In this document: positions 1 through 10,676 of the stretch, piece by piece | Layout: each line of letters begins with the position of its first letter | Numbering within the stretch: the stretch's first letter is position 1 | NCBI GenBank assembly: GCA_963796455.1 | Contig: CAWCLO010000004.1 | Coordinates: 1,088,001-1,152,000 of the forward strand | Length of the DNA stretch: 64,000 nucleotides | DNA from: Candidatus Sulfomarinibacteraceae bacterium | GTDB taxonomy: Bacteria > Acidobacteriota > Thermoanaerobaculia > Thermoanaerobaculales > Sulfomarinibacteraceae | Reading direction: 5' to 3' | Made by a program: the position numbers and the translations under genes | Notes under the pieces: model-generated | The model's input: only the letters and a program-made list of their open reading frames with translations | What the model was told of the DNA's origin: nothing | Database searches by the model: none

Positions 1-420
1 GATCTCGTGTTCGACGGATGCGTTGCCATCGGGGGTCGGAGTTTTTCCCCGGAGCACCATTTTTCCGTCCTCGATTCCGCCGTCGAGAAGGAGCAACATG
101 CCATTGGTGTCGACCCAGGTCTGGTGCCATTCTTCCCGGTGCTTGGCGTAGATGTTGAAGCTCGAACCACGGGTTCCCTGGGCGCCCTCCCAGTTTTCCT
201 GGATGGCGCAACCATTGAAGACCTTTTCCACCCGATTGGTTCCCTGAAAGTTCCCCTCCTCGTCCGCTACCCGCCAGTTCCCGACCCAGAAGTCGAATTG
301 TAAATACTCGAATGAGGTGCAGGGTTTTGCCGGCTGTGTTTCCTGGGCAACGGAAATGGTTGCCGACGCAACCACGACGACCGAAAAACAAATGGCCGCA
401 GTGAATCTGACCGATTTCAT
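1..420 (-). CDS. Secreted DUF1579-like hypothetical protein, 3' end outside window
   Basis: Not in ORF track. Manual translation from ATG 420 (RBS GGAGG upstream): MKSVRFTAAICFSVVVVASA signal peptide, then QFDFWVGNW...GCAIQENW...WHQTWVD; open to the window edge. Confidence 0.75.
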   Translation of the reverse strand, partial: MKSVRFTAAICFSVVVVASATISVAQETQPAKPCTSFEYLQFDFWVGNWRVADEEGNFQGTNRVEKVFNGCAIQENWEGAQGTRGSSFNIYAKHREEWHQTWVDTNGMLLLLDGGIEDGKMVLRGKTPTPDGNASVEHEI

Positions 421-448
421 GTTTCCTCCGCTGTGTTGATGCGGATGA

Positions 449-1042
449 TTATGACTGATCCGGCCGTCGTCCGCGGGCAGCGCTGCAGAACTGCTGCAGT
501 TCCGCCACATCCGCCTCGACGTCGTCGGTCGCGGGCAACGGCGCTCGAAAACGAATCTCACCCGTCGGGTAGTCGAATGCGATCGCAATGATCGGCACAC
601 CCGCAGCCACCGCGATTCGATGAAAGCCTGTCTTCCAACCTGCAACGGCGCTTCTCGTCCCCTCCGGCGCCAGCGCCAGGATCATCTGCTCGGTTGAGCG
701 GAACATTTCGCCAACCTGTTCGACGACGCCGCGAGGGTCGCTGCGGTTCACCGGGATCCCTCCGAGCGAACGCATGAGTATTCCCAGGGGCCCTTTGAAA
801 AGCGTGTGTTTGCCGAGAAATCTGGCATCGAGATCGAGGGCCAGCATCGCCACGACTCCGACGATGAAGTCCCAGTTTGAAGAGTGGGGAGCGACGGCCC
901 AGACCGCCTTGGGTGAATTGGGGACCTCGCCATGAAAGGACCAACCAGCCATCTTCATGATCAGGCGTCCAAAGGCCCGCCCAACCCGCCAGCCTCGGGT
1001 TGGCACGAGTGGTCCGAGCTGTGGGAAACAGGTGTCAGGCAT
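449..1042 (-). CDS. 1-acyl-sn-glycerol-3-phosphate acyltransferase family (PlsC-like)
   Basis: PHSSNWD (HX4D) and APEGTR acyltransferase motifs. Confidence 0.9.
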   Translation of the reverse strand: MPDTCFPQLGPLVPTRGWRVGRAFGRLIMKMAGWSFHGEVPNSPKAVWAVAPHSSNWDFIVGVVAMLALDLDARFLGKHTLFKGPLGILMRSLGGIPVNRSDPRGVVEQVGEMFRSTEQMILALAPEGTRSAVAGWKTGFHRIAVAAGVPIIAIAFDYPTGEIRFRAPLPATDDVEADVAELQQFCSAARGRRPDQS

Positions 1043-1112
1043 CAGGACGCATTATAAGCCCGACTGAACGTTTCGGATGCGCATCCGTCGTCCCTCGCGT
1101 CACGATCGGCAC

Positions 1113-1137
1113 AAAAAAACCCGCCCCGAAGGGCGGG
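1113..1137 (-). terminator. Rho-independent terminator after TonB receptor 1
   Basis: Minus strand CCCGCCC-TTCG-GGGCGGG followed by a T7 tract, ~20 nt after the stop at 1159. Confidence 0.9.
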
Positions 1138-1158
1138 CTGGAATTGCATATGCGGTGC

Positions 1159-3967
1159 TCAGAATTCGATCCGGAGGCCGATTTCCCAACTGCGCGGCAG
1201 CGACCAGCTGGTCGCCTCACCGAGGTCAAACTCGGGTGTGGGAATTCCATTGACAAAGATCACTCCGCAACCTTGGATCGCGGTGCAGACTCCAGTGACG
1301 TTTTCGCTCGAAAAGGCGTTGTAAACAGAACCGATCAAGGCCAATCGAACACCGCCGATGGAAAAACCCTTGGTCAACTGGAGATCGGTCCGGTACGCCG
1401 AATCGCCCTCACGATTGCCGCGTGGCTCGACAAAATAGAGGCCGTAGGGGATGGCCGGAAACTGTTGACCTTGCCATTCCTGACCGCTCCACGCGAAGTT
1501 CGCATGAGGTTCCCAACGAAAGGCCGAAGACCAACTCGTGTCGAAGGCGATGATCCAATCACCCTTGAAGGCGAAGAACCCGTTGAGCTTGAAGCGGTGC
1601 TGGCGGTGGTCGTTGAGATATCCGTATCGATTGTCGAAGTGCGCCGGGTTGACATCGAAGTCTTCGTTGCTGCCCTGGCTCAAGCCGAGGCTTCCCTTGG
1701 AATTGGAATAGGTATAGGAGGCGAGCAGCGTCAGCCAGTCGAAGGACCGGGTTTCGTATTTCAGGATGAACGCGTTGTAGTCCCGAGCCAGTTGCGGCAG
1801 GTTCCCCAGGACATATGAACTGCACTCAGTGGTCGGGCCGGAAAAATCCGGCAGGTTGCTGGTACAGGTGTCCTCGTAGAGATCTTTGGTCTTTTTGTCC
1901 ACATATGAGACCTCGATCGAGGCCCGGCGCCCGACTTCACGTTCGTAGGCAAGGCTGAAGGTCTCGGCATAGGTCGGCGCCAAACCCGGGGCGATGGTCC
2001 CTGGCTCGTTGCCGGTGACATTCGCCGGGTCCAACACCCAGCCCCAGGGGTCACGATCGGGATCGTAGCCCTGGCCCGAGTACCCCCATCCAAACGCGCC
2101 TGCCCAGAACTCGCACTCCGCGGGCGAAGTGATCGGAAGTCCGAACACACCAACCATGAAGCCCTGGCACGAATACCATGTTGATGTCGGTTCGACGGCC
2201 TGGCGAACGTAGTCCGGCAGACTCAATGTGCTCGGGTCCATGAACTGCCCCCAGTTGGCGCGCACCAGGTTTTTTCCGTCCCCACTGATGTCCCACGCCA
2301 CGCCGATCCGCGGCTGGAGCTTGTCCAACTCGGCGATTCGTGAACCCACCTCGTTGTCGTAGCTCACCTGGTCGTATCGGAGACCGAGCTTGAGGGTGAC
2401 AGTCCGGCCGACCCTCCACGAGTCCTGGACGAAACCGGTCCACAGCGCGCCCTTGTAGGTCGTGGTTCCCGCAGTTTCGCTCTCGATTTGAGCAAAGGGC
2501 CCCCCGAAGAAGTCCTGATACTGATAGCCGACGGACCCGGGTGAACAGGCGCCGCCGGTGGTCCCGGTGGAACAGGTGGCCGATCGAGCATCGGTCCCGG
2601 AATACTGGATCCCACCCTTGATTTCGTGCGATCCTCCAAGCCCATTGACGAACCACGTCAAATCTGTCGCTATTTCATCCCGGCTTCGCTCGGTGTACTG
2701 CTGGTTGGTGAAGTTGTCGCTCAAGGCCCCGGATGCCAGATCAAGGGTGCCTGCGGTCACGAGATCGCCAGATTGCGGCCGCAGATCCACATCGGAACGG
2801 TAGAGACCGACCATCGTGTTCCACATCAGGGAATCCGACAGCATTCCGTTCGCCTCGAAGGTCACCAGATCGATGCCTTGTTTCTGGAACGCGGCGGCCT
2901 CCGGCTCGACGAATCGAAACGCGTTTTGGTTTTTGATCTCCGCCGGTGTGCCCGCGAGTTTTGCGACGAGTCGCCATTTTTGAGAGGCTTGCCAGGTCAA
3001 CTTGAGGTCGAAATCCTGACCGCTGAACTCGCGTGTCAGCACCGAGCCGTCCGGCGTCCGTTCGGAACCGGTGTACTGGTAACCGAGGAAAAACCACAGT
3101 TTGTCCCGAAGAATCGGGCCGCCGAGGGTGAGCGCGAGGTTCTCAAAGGTGGTCTCGCGGGTTGACGAATCGTAATGGTCGCCACTCTCCTGGAAGGAGT
3201 TGCCTCTGTAGCGGATATCGGCGGTGCCGCTGAACTGATTTCCACCCGATTTGGTGATCAGGTTGACGATCCCTCCGGTTGCCCGCCCGAACTCCGCTTC
3301 GAAACCGGAAGTCTGAAACTCAATTTCTTCAAGCGCGTCAAAGTTGTAGCGCACTCCCCAGGTACCGGTGAGCGGGTCGGTTGTATCCTGGCCGTCTATG
3401 AAATAGGCGTTCTCGGAGATCGTCGAACCAAAAACCTGCGGGTTGGCATCCCCCGAACCGACCACCCCCGGGGTCTGGGCGAGCATCGAAAGGTAGCTTC
3501 GATTCGTGGCGCCGATCGCCGCGTTCTGCATGTATGTCCCGGTCAAAAACCTGTTCCGTGTTGACCTGTGTCGTGTCGACAACCGCCGCCTCGGTGGAGA
3601 CTTCGATTTCGCCCTCGAACGAGCCTTGGGGCATCTGTACAAAAAGCGATGCGGCACCCCCGAGCGGGACCTTGACTTCGTTCCGCTCCTGTCCGACAAA
3701 CCCTGAAAGCAATACACTTACGAGGTAATTTCCCGGCGCGAGACTGATGAACTGGAACTGGCCTTCGGCACCGGTCAACTGGACACGTTCACCGCCGATC
3801 AGAGCCTCCGAACCGATTGTCACCGTCGCGCCCGGTAAACCCTGTCCGCTTTCGTCAGTGACAACGCCGATCAAACGCCCCGTGGTGGTCTGAGCATGCA
3901 AACCAACGACCACCATGAGGGTGACTGCAAAAAACAGAATTGTCCTGCAATTGAACGCGCGGGTCAT
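1159..3967 (-). CDS. TonB-dependent receptor (Oar-like) with N-terminal carboxypeptidase-regulatory-like domain; one frameshift near 3535
   Basis: ORF 3338-3967 gives the signal peptide and GLPGATVTI domain; ORF 1159-3717 gives the plug (AEFGRATGGIVNLITKSGGN) and a barrel ending LRIEF. Removing one base gives 936 codons. Confidence 0.9.
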
Positions 3968-4035
3968 TTTTCTTCCTCCTTGACTCCTGCGGATATCCCC
4001 AAAAAAACAGCTAACTAAATATTATGGCACTTTTC

Positions 4036-4050
4036 GCAATTACCGTGCCA
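4036..4050 (-). promoter_or_regulatory. sigma54 (-24/-12) promoter for TonB receptor 1
   Basis: Minus strand TGGCAC-GGTAA-TTGC, exact consensus, ~70 bp upstream of ATG 3967. Confidence 0.75.
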
Positions 4051-4322
4051 GAAAAATCCGTTCTTTGAACAAAAAAAATGGATTTTCCGTCCGAGACACC
4101 GGACTCGAACCCGGCTTTTCGGGTGCAATTACAGTGGACTTCTTACTGTTATGATGGCTATCGGAAAACGATCCTCGAGGATCCGCACCCAGAAATGGCG
4201 ACCGTAACCGCGAAAGACACTACAATCAAGTACATCATAATGAGGTTCGTTCGTCGGCTCGATCAACGGACCCAATGGTCTCCGGCTGACAACAGGCACT
4301 TCGGACCGAGAGTGGGAAAAAA

Positions 4323-7151
4323 ATGAAACAACAGATACGAAAAAGCACCGTGAGAAGGCGATTCGAAATCGGGATATTGATCAGCCTTACGATGAGCGCT
4401 GCCGCCTTGGCCGCAGATGGCGAGCATGACCTCGTGAAAATGGCTCGAACGGAATTGGCCGCCGCGAGCGGTGGAACCGCGCGGGTCCAGGTACAGCAGG
4501 CAACGGGCACTCCCGGCATGATCCGCTTCCCGAAGGGACTCCAAACCCTGAGCGGGGACAGCGCCGAAAAACGAGCCCGCAGCTTTTTCAGCCAGTATGG
4601 ACGAAGCTTCGGAATCGCCTCTCCGGACAGGGATCTTCAGCTCGAGGCGAGCATTGTCGATCGTTACGGAATGGCCCACGTTGCATTCAGTCAAAGCTAC
4701 TTCGACGTGCCGGTATTCGGCGCCATGGTGCGCACCCATTTCAATGCCGATGGAACCCTCGCAACGGTCAACGGAACCCTGGTTCCCGGCTTGACGCTCG
4801 ATCCCGAGCCCACCATTTCGGCCGGAGAGGCATCCGACCTGGCACGGATCGCATTGGCCAAGGACCACAGTTTTCTCCCCTTTGCGTTCGACGTCGACTC
4901 CTCGCGACTCATGGTCTATCGGACGGGTCTGGCCCGCAACGTCCCTGGGGAAAACCACCTCGTGTGGGAAATCGAGGTTGCCCGCCTGCCTTCCGTACGT
5001 GAGTTCTTTTACGTCGATGCGCACTCGGGCGCCATCATCGACCGCATCCAGGGAATTCATTCTTTGACCCGATCCGTGCGCCACCAGACCCTCCAGAATC
5101 GGATCTGGAACGAGGGTGATCCACTGCCCTTCTCCGGTCTCAGTGCCAGCCAAAACATCGATGTCAACACGCTGATCAGCAGCGCAGAAGAGACCTACAA
5201 CCTGTTTTCAAACATCACCGGCGGTTCGTTCATCTCGTACAACGGCAACGACGCGGCGATGAACGCGATCTACGAAGCCGAGTTCCTCGAGTGTCCGAAC
5301 GCCTCCTGGAACGGGCTCACCACCAATTTCTGCGCCGGGCTTGCGGTGGACGACGTGATCGCCCACGAATGGACGCACGCATATACCGGGAGCACCCATG
5401 ACCTGATCTACCAGTGGCAACCGGGTGCCCTGAATGAGGCCTACTCCGACATATTCGGCGAGGTCGTCGACCTGCTGAACACGACCGGGCTCGACCAACC
5501 TGACGAGCCGCGCAATGCGGACGAATGTTCCGCGTTCTTCGGATCCGCCGGTGCCAGACTCGAGGTCGAATCACCGCAATCGGTTGCAGGATCCTACTCC
5601 GTTCGCGCCGGTGTCTTCAGCCCTGATCCGCCATGGTCCGTGAGCGGCCAACTCGAAGTCGTCAACGATGGAACGGGCGTCACCTCCGATGGTTGCCAAG
5701 AGATTGTCGGCTTCACGGCCGGTCGTATCGCCTTGATTGATCGCGGCGAATGCCCTTTCACCGACAAGGCAGCCAACGCCGAGGCGGCGGGGGCCATCGG
5801 AGTCATTGTCGTGAACAACCAGGGAGACGATCTGGTCAGCATGGGTGGCGTCCCTCCGGAAGGCTACGACACTCCTGTCATCTTCATCGGTCAATCCGAC
5901 GGAGAGAGCCTCGAAGCCGCCGCGCCCGATGGCGTCACCGCAACCATGGACCACTTGATCGCAAGCGACAATTCGGTCCGCTGGCTGGTCTCCGAGGACT
6001 CGCCCAACGGCGCGATTCGAGACATGTGGAACCCATCCTGCTTTGGTGATCCCGGTCGAGTCTCGGACTCCAACTACTGGTGCCGCGATCTCGACAACGG
6101 CGGAGTCCACATCAACAGCGGCATCCCAAATCATGCCTTCGCGCTGCTGGTCGACGGCGGAACCTCCAACGACTCCGAGATCACACCGATCGGGATGACA
6201 AAGGCCGCCCATATCTACTGGCGCTCGATGTCCGTCTATCAGGTTCCAACCACGAATTTTGCGGATCACGCCGACGCCATCGAACTCAGCTGTGCCGATC
6301 TGATCAATCAACCGATCACCGACCTCGTCACGGGAAATGTTTATCCCGAGACCATCGACGCCGGTGACTGCCAGCAGGTCACCCTCGCGCTGCAGGCCGT
6401 CGAGATGCGTCTGGAACCGACCCAGTGCGATTTTGAGCCCATTCTCGACAACCCCGCACCCATCGTGTTGCTGCCTTACGAACTTTTCTCCGAAACCTTT
6501 GAAACCGACCCCTCGGAGCGATGGACCTTGAGCAGTGAAGGAGTCTTCGAGGAGTACACACCGCGCAACTGGCGCTGGACCAACTTCCCACCGGAAGATC
6601 ACGAGGGCTCGGTTCTGCACGCGGTCAACAGCCCCTTTGTCGGCAACTGCCAGCCCGGCAACGACCAATCGGGAGTCAGCCGGGCGGAGAGCCCCGCCAT
6701 CACCCTCCCCTCGTGGACCCAGAAGGCGATGCTGATTTTCGATCACTACATCGCCACCGAGGATGGTTGGGATGGGGGAAACCTCAAGATCAGCGTCAAT
6801 GGCGGCGACTATCAACTCGTGACCGCCGAGACCTTTGAGTTCAACCCCTACAACGGCGCCATCATCGACACCGAAACAATTGACGATGAAGAGGTCAGCA
6901 ACACCAATCCTCTGGCGGGCGAAGCGGGTTACACCGGGCTCGATCAGGGCGAGATTTCCGGGAGCTGGGGCCAGTCACAGATCGATCTCTTAGCCTTTGC
7001 CGGAGCCGGAGACACGATTCGTTTCCGTTTCGACTTTGGTGTCGACGGCTGTACCGGAATCGAGGGCTGGTATCTCGATAACGTGGTGGTCAAGACCAAT
7101 GCGCCGGCCACAGCCATCGTCCGCCGCCCGTCCGGCAGGATGATCCCGTAA
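4323..7151 (+). CDS. Secreted M4 (thermolysin-family) metalloprotease with FTP/PepSY propeptide, inserted PA domain and C-terminal beta-sandwich
   Basis: HEWTH, GALNEAYSDIF and DNGGVHINSG motifs; PA signature IALIDRGECPFTDKAANAEAAGAIGVIVVN; signal peptide. Confidence 0.92.
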   Translation: MKQQIRKSTVRRRFEIGILISLTMSAAALAADGEHDLVKMARTELAAASGGTARVQVQQATGTPGMIRFPKGLQTLSGDSAEKRARSFFSQYGRSFGIASPDRDLQLEASIVDRYGMAHVAFSQSYFDVPVFGAMVRTHFNADGTLATVNGTLVPGLTLDPEPTISAGEASDLARIALAKDHSFLPFAFDVDSSRLMVYRTGLARNVPGENHLVWEIEVARLPSVREFFYVDAHSGAIIDRIQGIHSLTRSVRHQTLQNRIWNEGDPLPFSGLSASQNIDVNTLISSAEETYNLFSNITGGSFISYNGNDAAMNAIYEAEFLECPNASWNGLTTNFCAGLAVDDVIAHEWTHAYTGSTHDLIYQWQPGALNEAYSDIFGEVVDLLNTTGLDQPDEPRNADECSAFFGSAGARLEVESPQSVAGSYSVRAGVFSPDPPWSVSGQLEVVNDGTGVTSDGCQEIVGFTAGRIALIDRGECPFTDKAANAEAAGAIGVIVVNNQGDDLVSMGGVPPEGYDTPVIFIGQSDGESLEAAAPDGVTATMDHLIASDNSVRWLVSEDSPNGAIRDMWNPSCFGDPGRVSDSNYWCRDLDNGGVHINSGIPNHAFALLVDGGTSNDSEITPIGMTKAAHIYWRSMSVYQVPTTNFADHADAIELSCADLINQPITDLVTGNVYPETIDAGDCQQVTLALQAVEMRLEPTQCDFEPILDNPAPIVLLPYELFSETFETDPSERWTLSSEGVFEEYTPRNWRWTNFPPEDHEGSVLHAVNSPFVGNCQPGNDQSGVSRAESPAITLPSWTQKAMLIFDHYIATEDGWDGGNLKISVNGGDYQLVTAETFEFNPYNGAIIDTETIDDEEVSNTNPLAGEAGYTGLDQGEISGSWGQSQIDLLAFAGAGDTIRFRFDFGVDGCTGIEGWYLDNVVVKTNAPATAIVRRPSGRMIP

Positions 7152-7208
7152 GGAGAAAGGGAGAACCGTCCCGGAGGCCCTGTTGGTGATAAGGGGCGGG
7201 TATTAATA

Positions 7209-7257
7209 AAATTCCAAATTCCAAATTCCAAATTCCAAATTCCAAATTCCAAATTCC
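7209..7257. repeat. Heptamer tandem repeat (AAATTCC)x7
   Basis: Seven perfect copies followed by TGATCCCTT; a related 3-copy array is at 10649-10669. Confidence 0.95.
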
Positions 7258-7331
7258 TGATCCCTTGTCCCTATTTGACCTCCCCCGTCCCAGCCTGAGA
7301 CAGCCCTTCTCCCGCACATAGCGCAGAATAC

Positions 7332-7346
7332 TGGCACGGAGCTTGC
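7332..7346 (+). promoter_or_regulatory. sigma54 promoter
   Basis: TGGCAC-GGAGC-TTGC, 46 bp upstream of ATG 7392. Confidence 0.75.
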
Positions 7347-7391
7347 TCAAACCCTGATTGACCGAAAGGCGCGACGTTTCAGGGGGTCACA

Positions 7392-7856
7392 ATGAGCAAC
7401 CCAGCAGAATTCATCGGCAAACACGAACGCGAGATCGAAGACCTGCGAGATCCATCCGCGATCCCGGATATGGTCCACGTCGTGGTTTCGACCCGTGAGG
7501 AAGAACTGTTGTGGGCCGTGTTCGACGGATTTTCCGAACTGCCCACTGTCCGCGTGACCGGTTGCTCGACCCTGCCGCAGACCCGCCAGATTTGTGCCGC
7601 CGATCCTCCGGGATACCTGATCATCGACATGACTCTGCTCGACCACGAACCGATGGACCTGATCACACTCGCCAATCTCAGCACCAGCCGCACCCATATC
7701 GTGGCGCTCACCGACCACCCGGTCTTCGAGATCGGCGCCCGCTTCGGAAAGGCCCGACTGACCTTTCTCCAGAAACCCGTATCAGCTCACGACCTGTTGC
7801 TCCTGCTCCGGCTTCGCCTCGGCGACGGGAACGAACAGCTTGCCGGTGTCTGCTGA
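7392..7856 (+). CDS. Stand-alone, atypical response-regulator receiver-like protein
   Basis: LIIDMTL, IVALT and FLQKPVS match the receiver D/T/K positions; the N-terminal acidic pair is missing. Confidence 0.6.
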   Translation: MSNPAEFIGKHEREIEDLRDPSAIPDMVHVVVSTREEELLWAVFDGFSELPTVRVTGCSTLPQTRQICAADPPGYLIIDMTLLDHEPMDLITLANLSTSRTHIVALTDHPVFEIGARFGKARLTFLQKPVSAHDLLLLLRLRLGDGNEQLAGVC

Positions 7857-7889
7857 TTGTTGAAATCTCGTCGCAAGTTATTGAATCGG

Positions 7890-7918
7890 TTGACAAATTA
7901 ATTTAATGCTTATATATT
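7890..7918 (+). promoter_or_regulatory. sigma70-type promoter
   Basis: TTGACA(7890)-17 bp-TATATT(7913) with an AT-rich spacer. Confidence 0.8.
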
Positions 7919-7924
7919 CAATTA

Positions 7925-8098
7925 GTAGTCGAGGGGCGGCACGAGGCCGCAACTCACAAACTCGTTCGAAATCGGGCCCGTGATCCAACCATCCCCACAA
8001 CATTCGCCCACCTCAAAATCCAATCAAAATCCAACCAACCATCCCACCAGCCACACGGGCTCTCGACGAGTTTGTGTGTTCTGATCAGAAGGTTGCGG
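7925..8098 (+). ncRNA. Candidate structured small RNA (long stem closing a 71-nt C/A-rich loop)
   Basis: Directly downstream of a consensus promoter; 7951-7982 pairs with 8054-8080; loop has only 2 G. No family recognised. Confidence 0.5.
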
Positions 8099-8206
8099 TT
8101 ACTTGAACCCACCGATTTTCAGAGAAACCGCGCCCCCGTTTGAGTCGTAGGAGAGAGATATGATGCTCTCCGTGTTCAACGGCAATAAAACAGACCGCCG
8201 CCACCG

Positions 8207-10337
8207 TTGGTTGAATCGATGCCTCTGATTCTTGCCACTTGTCTCGCCCTGTTGCTCGCCCCTCCGGCGATTGTTGCGGCCGAGGTCGATCTGCCCAAGC
8301 CCGGTCAGAAGTGGATCGAGCTGAAGACGACCAATTTTCGCTTTTTTTCAAATGCCGGCCGCGGCGCGACTCAGCGAGTGGCCATTGATCTCGAAGAACT
8401 GCGCTCGGTCCTGGCCGAACTCAGCGATTTCGAGCTGCAATCACCGGTACCGACCACGATCTACGTTTTTCGAAACGACCGTTCCTTCGAGCCCTTCAAA
8501 ATCCGGCACAACGGCGAACCAGCCGAGATCACCGGCTATTTTTCTCGTCAGGAGGGCGGCAACTACATCGCCGTCAGCGCCGATTCGCCGAGTGTCTCAG
8601 GGGTTGTCTTTCACGAATACGTCCACTTCATCACCGCCAACAATTTCGGCGAACTTCCGGTGTGGCTCTCCGAAGGGCTTGCCGAGTTCTATGAGACTTT
8701 CGAGGTCATCCGAGAGACCGTATTTATCGGTTTGCCTCTCCGATCGCATCTTTTTCATCTCCGCGGCACCCTGCCGATTCCTCTGTCCGAACTCCTTCTG
8801 GTTGATCATGAGTCTCCGCTGTACAACGAAACCGAGCGTCGAGGCGATCTTTATGCGGAATCCTGGGCCCTCACCCACTATCTGTTGCTCGGCAACCACG
8901 ATCGGCGCCGCCAGCTTACGAACTACCTCCATCTGTTGAACCAGGGTGCGACCTATTACGATGCATTTACCACGTCCTTCGGAGCCGACCTCGAAAAGCT
9001 GCAAGGCGAATTGCACGCCTACATCCGGAACCCCCGCATCCCCCACATCGAAACCCGGGCCGAGGTCGATCTCGAAGACAATATCGATGTCCGCCCATTG
9101 TCCTACTCAGAGGTGCTTTACCGGCTTGGTGATCTGCTGGCCAATCTGGCCGATGAACGCCCCGATCGGGTCGCCTTCTTCGAAGCCTCTGTCGCTGCCG
9201 ATCCCCGGAACGGATTGGCGCTGTCCGCTCTTGCTCTGGAGGCCGAGTATCGTGCCGATTGGAAGACCGCCCGGGACCTGCACCTGGACGCACTGAATGC
9301 AAATCCTGACGATCCCCTGATCCTCCATCGGTGGGGTGAGTACCTCACTGCGAGGGGCTCCGACTACCAGGCCGCATTGGTCGCGCTCAAGCGGAGTACG
9401 GAGATCGATCCGTCCTATGGGCCTTCATGGGTCGCGTTGGCCGACGCCCTGGCCGAAGCCGGCGTGACCGACGCCAAAGGGCTCGAGGCGGCCGAGACCG
9501 CCCACCGCCTGCTGCCGACCGATACCCGGGTGTCCAAGGACCTGGCACGGATCTATCTCCGGTTGGACCGCCGAGAGGATGCGGTTCAGCTGGTCGAGAC
9601 TTCTTTTCGTTCCCGCCCCGATCTCTATGCCCAGGCATGGGGAATGATTCTGCAGCGGGACATTCTCAGTAGCCGGGAGCTCCTGAGCGAAGGTCGCATC
9701 GACGAGGCGTCCCGGAGGTTGGCGCTGGCGAATGAGGCGGTCCAGAAAACGGGCAACCCCGGGCTTCATGAGCGAAGCATCCAGGCTGCAAACAACTCGA
9801 TCAATGACCATTTGATGGCAAAACAATGCGAAGAGGCCGAGATCCTGTACGCTTCCGGCGATGTCGAGGCCGCCAAGACAATCCTGCACAACGCGACCAC
9901 GATGAAGGACGAGGGACCGGTTGCGGCGGCTTGCCGCCGGCTCTCGAACACGATCCAGGGAGTCGATGATCCGCAGATTCAGACCGATCAACCGGGTGCA
10001 CGGGCGATTACGCCGCGATGAGGTCGAAAGGCTCAATCAGCTCCTCGCCAATCGTGATCTCGAAGGTTCTCGTGCCTATCTCGAGGAGCTTCGCGGCGGA
10101 CTTGCCGGTGAGCCCTTGTTCTGGGTTGACGAAAAGATTCGTGAGATCGAAGGAACGATACGATACAACCGCTATATCGATGACTATAACCGCGCGGTGG
10201 ATCTCTACAACGATGAGGACTATGGGGCGGCGATAACGATACTTGAACGGATCATTTCGACCCTGCCGCCGGGGCAACAGGCGCAATTCGCCAAGGCCCT
10301 CCTCAACGACGCCAGAAAGGCGGCCGATGCGGAGTGA
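8207..10337 (+). CDS. Secreted DUF1570-like gluzincin metallopeptidase with TPR repeats; frameshift near 10015
   Basis: FHEYVH...WLSEGLAEFY...YAESWALTHYL, then TPR-like helices; continues in ORF 9921-10337. Confidence 0.75.
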
Positions 10338-10381
10338 ATTGTCTGTTATGCCTCGGCGCGTTGTCGTTCCGTGCGTGCCAT

Positions 10382-10636
10382 AGATCCTTCGACTTCGCGC
10401 CGGGGGCGCTTCGCTCAGGATGACATATTGAGAAGACCCACCGCACCTTTATGCAGGATGACAGATTGAAACGCCGCACCGTGCCCAAATCCAGCCTGGC
10501 CTATCGAAATGACCCTCGCGCGCAGTTTAGGTTGGTGGTCCCAATCGTCCTCAGAGGCCGAACCGACTGGCGACGCCCTCTCCCTATGTCATCCTGAGCG
10601 GAGGCGCCATCCGATGGCGCCGCAGTCGAAGGATCT
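10382..10636. repeat. Inverted doublet of GTCA-headed REP-like palindromes (copy 1)
   Basis: AGATCCTTCGACT...CGCTCAGGATGACA (10382-10425) and TGTCATCCTGAGCG...AGTCGAAGGATCT (10587-10636); the same pair recurs at 15065-15439. Confidence 0.85.
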
Positions 10637-10676
10637 ATGGAATGACCGGAATTCCAAATTCCAAATTCCCGATCCC

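Noticed and set aside
3520..3550. Programmed frameshifting or recoding (also ~10015, ~30460, ~48670)
   Set aside because: The shifts are single-base, often in short homopolymers, with no shared slippery motif; sequencing error is more parsimonious.
4098..4130. tRNA (GGTTCGAGTCC on the minus strand)
   Set aside because: The T-stem does not pair beyond 2 bp, and no acceptor, D or anticodon arms can be built.
6944..7252. ORF beginning MEFGIWNLEFGIWN
   Set aside because: It is a translation of the heptamer repeat running antisense into the M4 gene.
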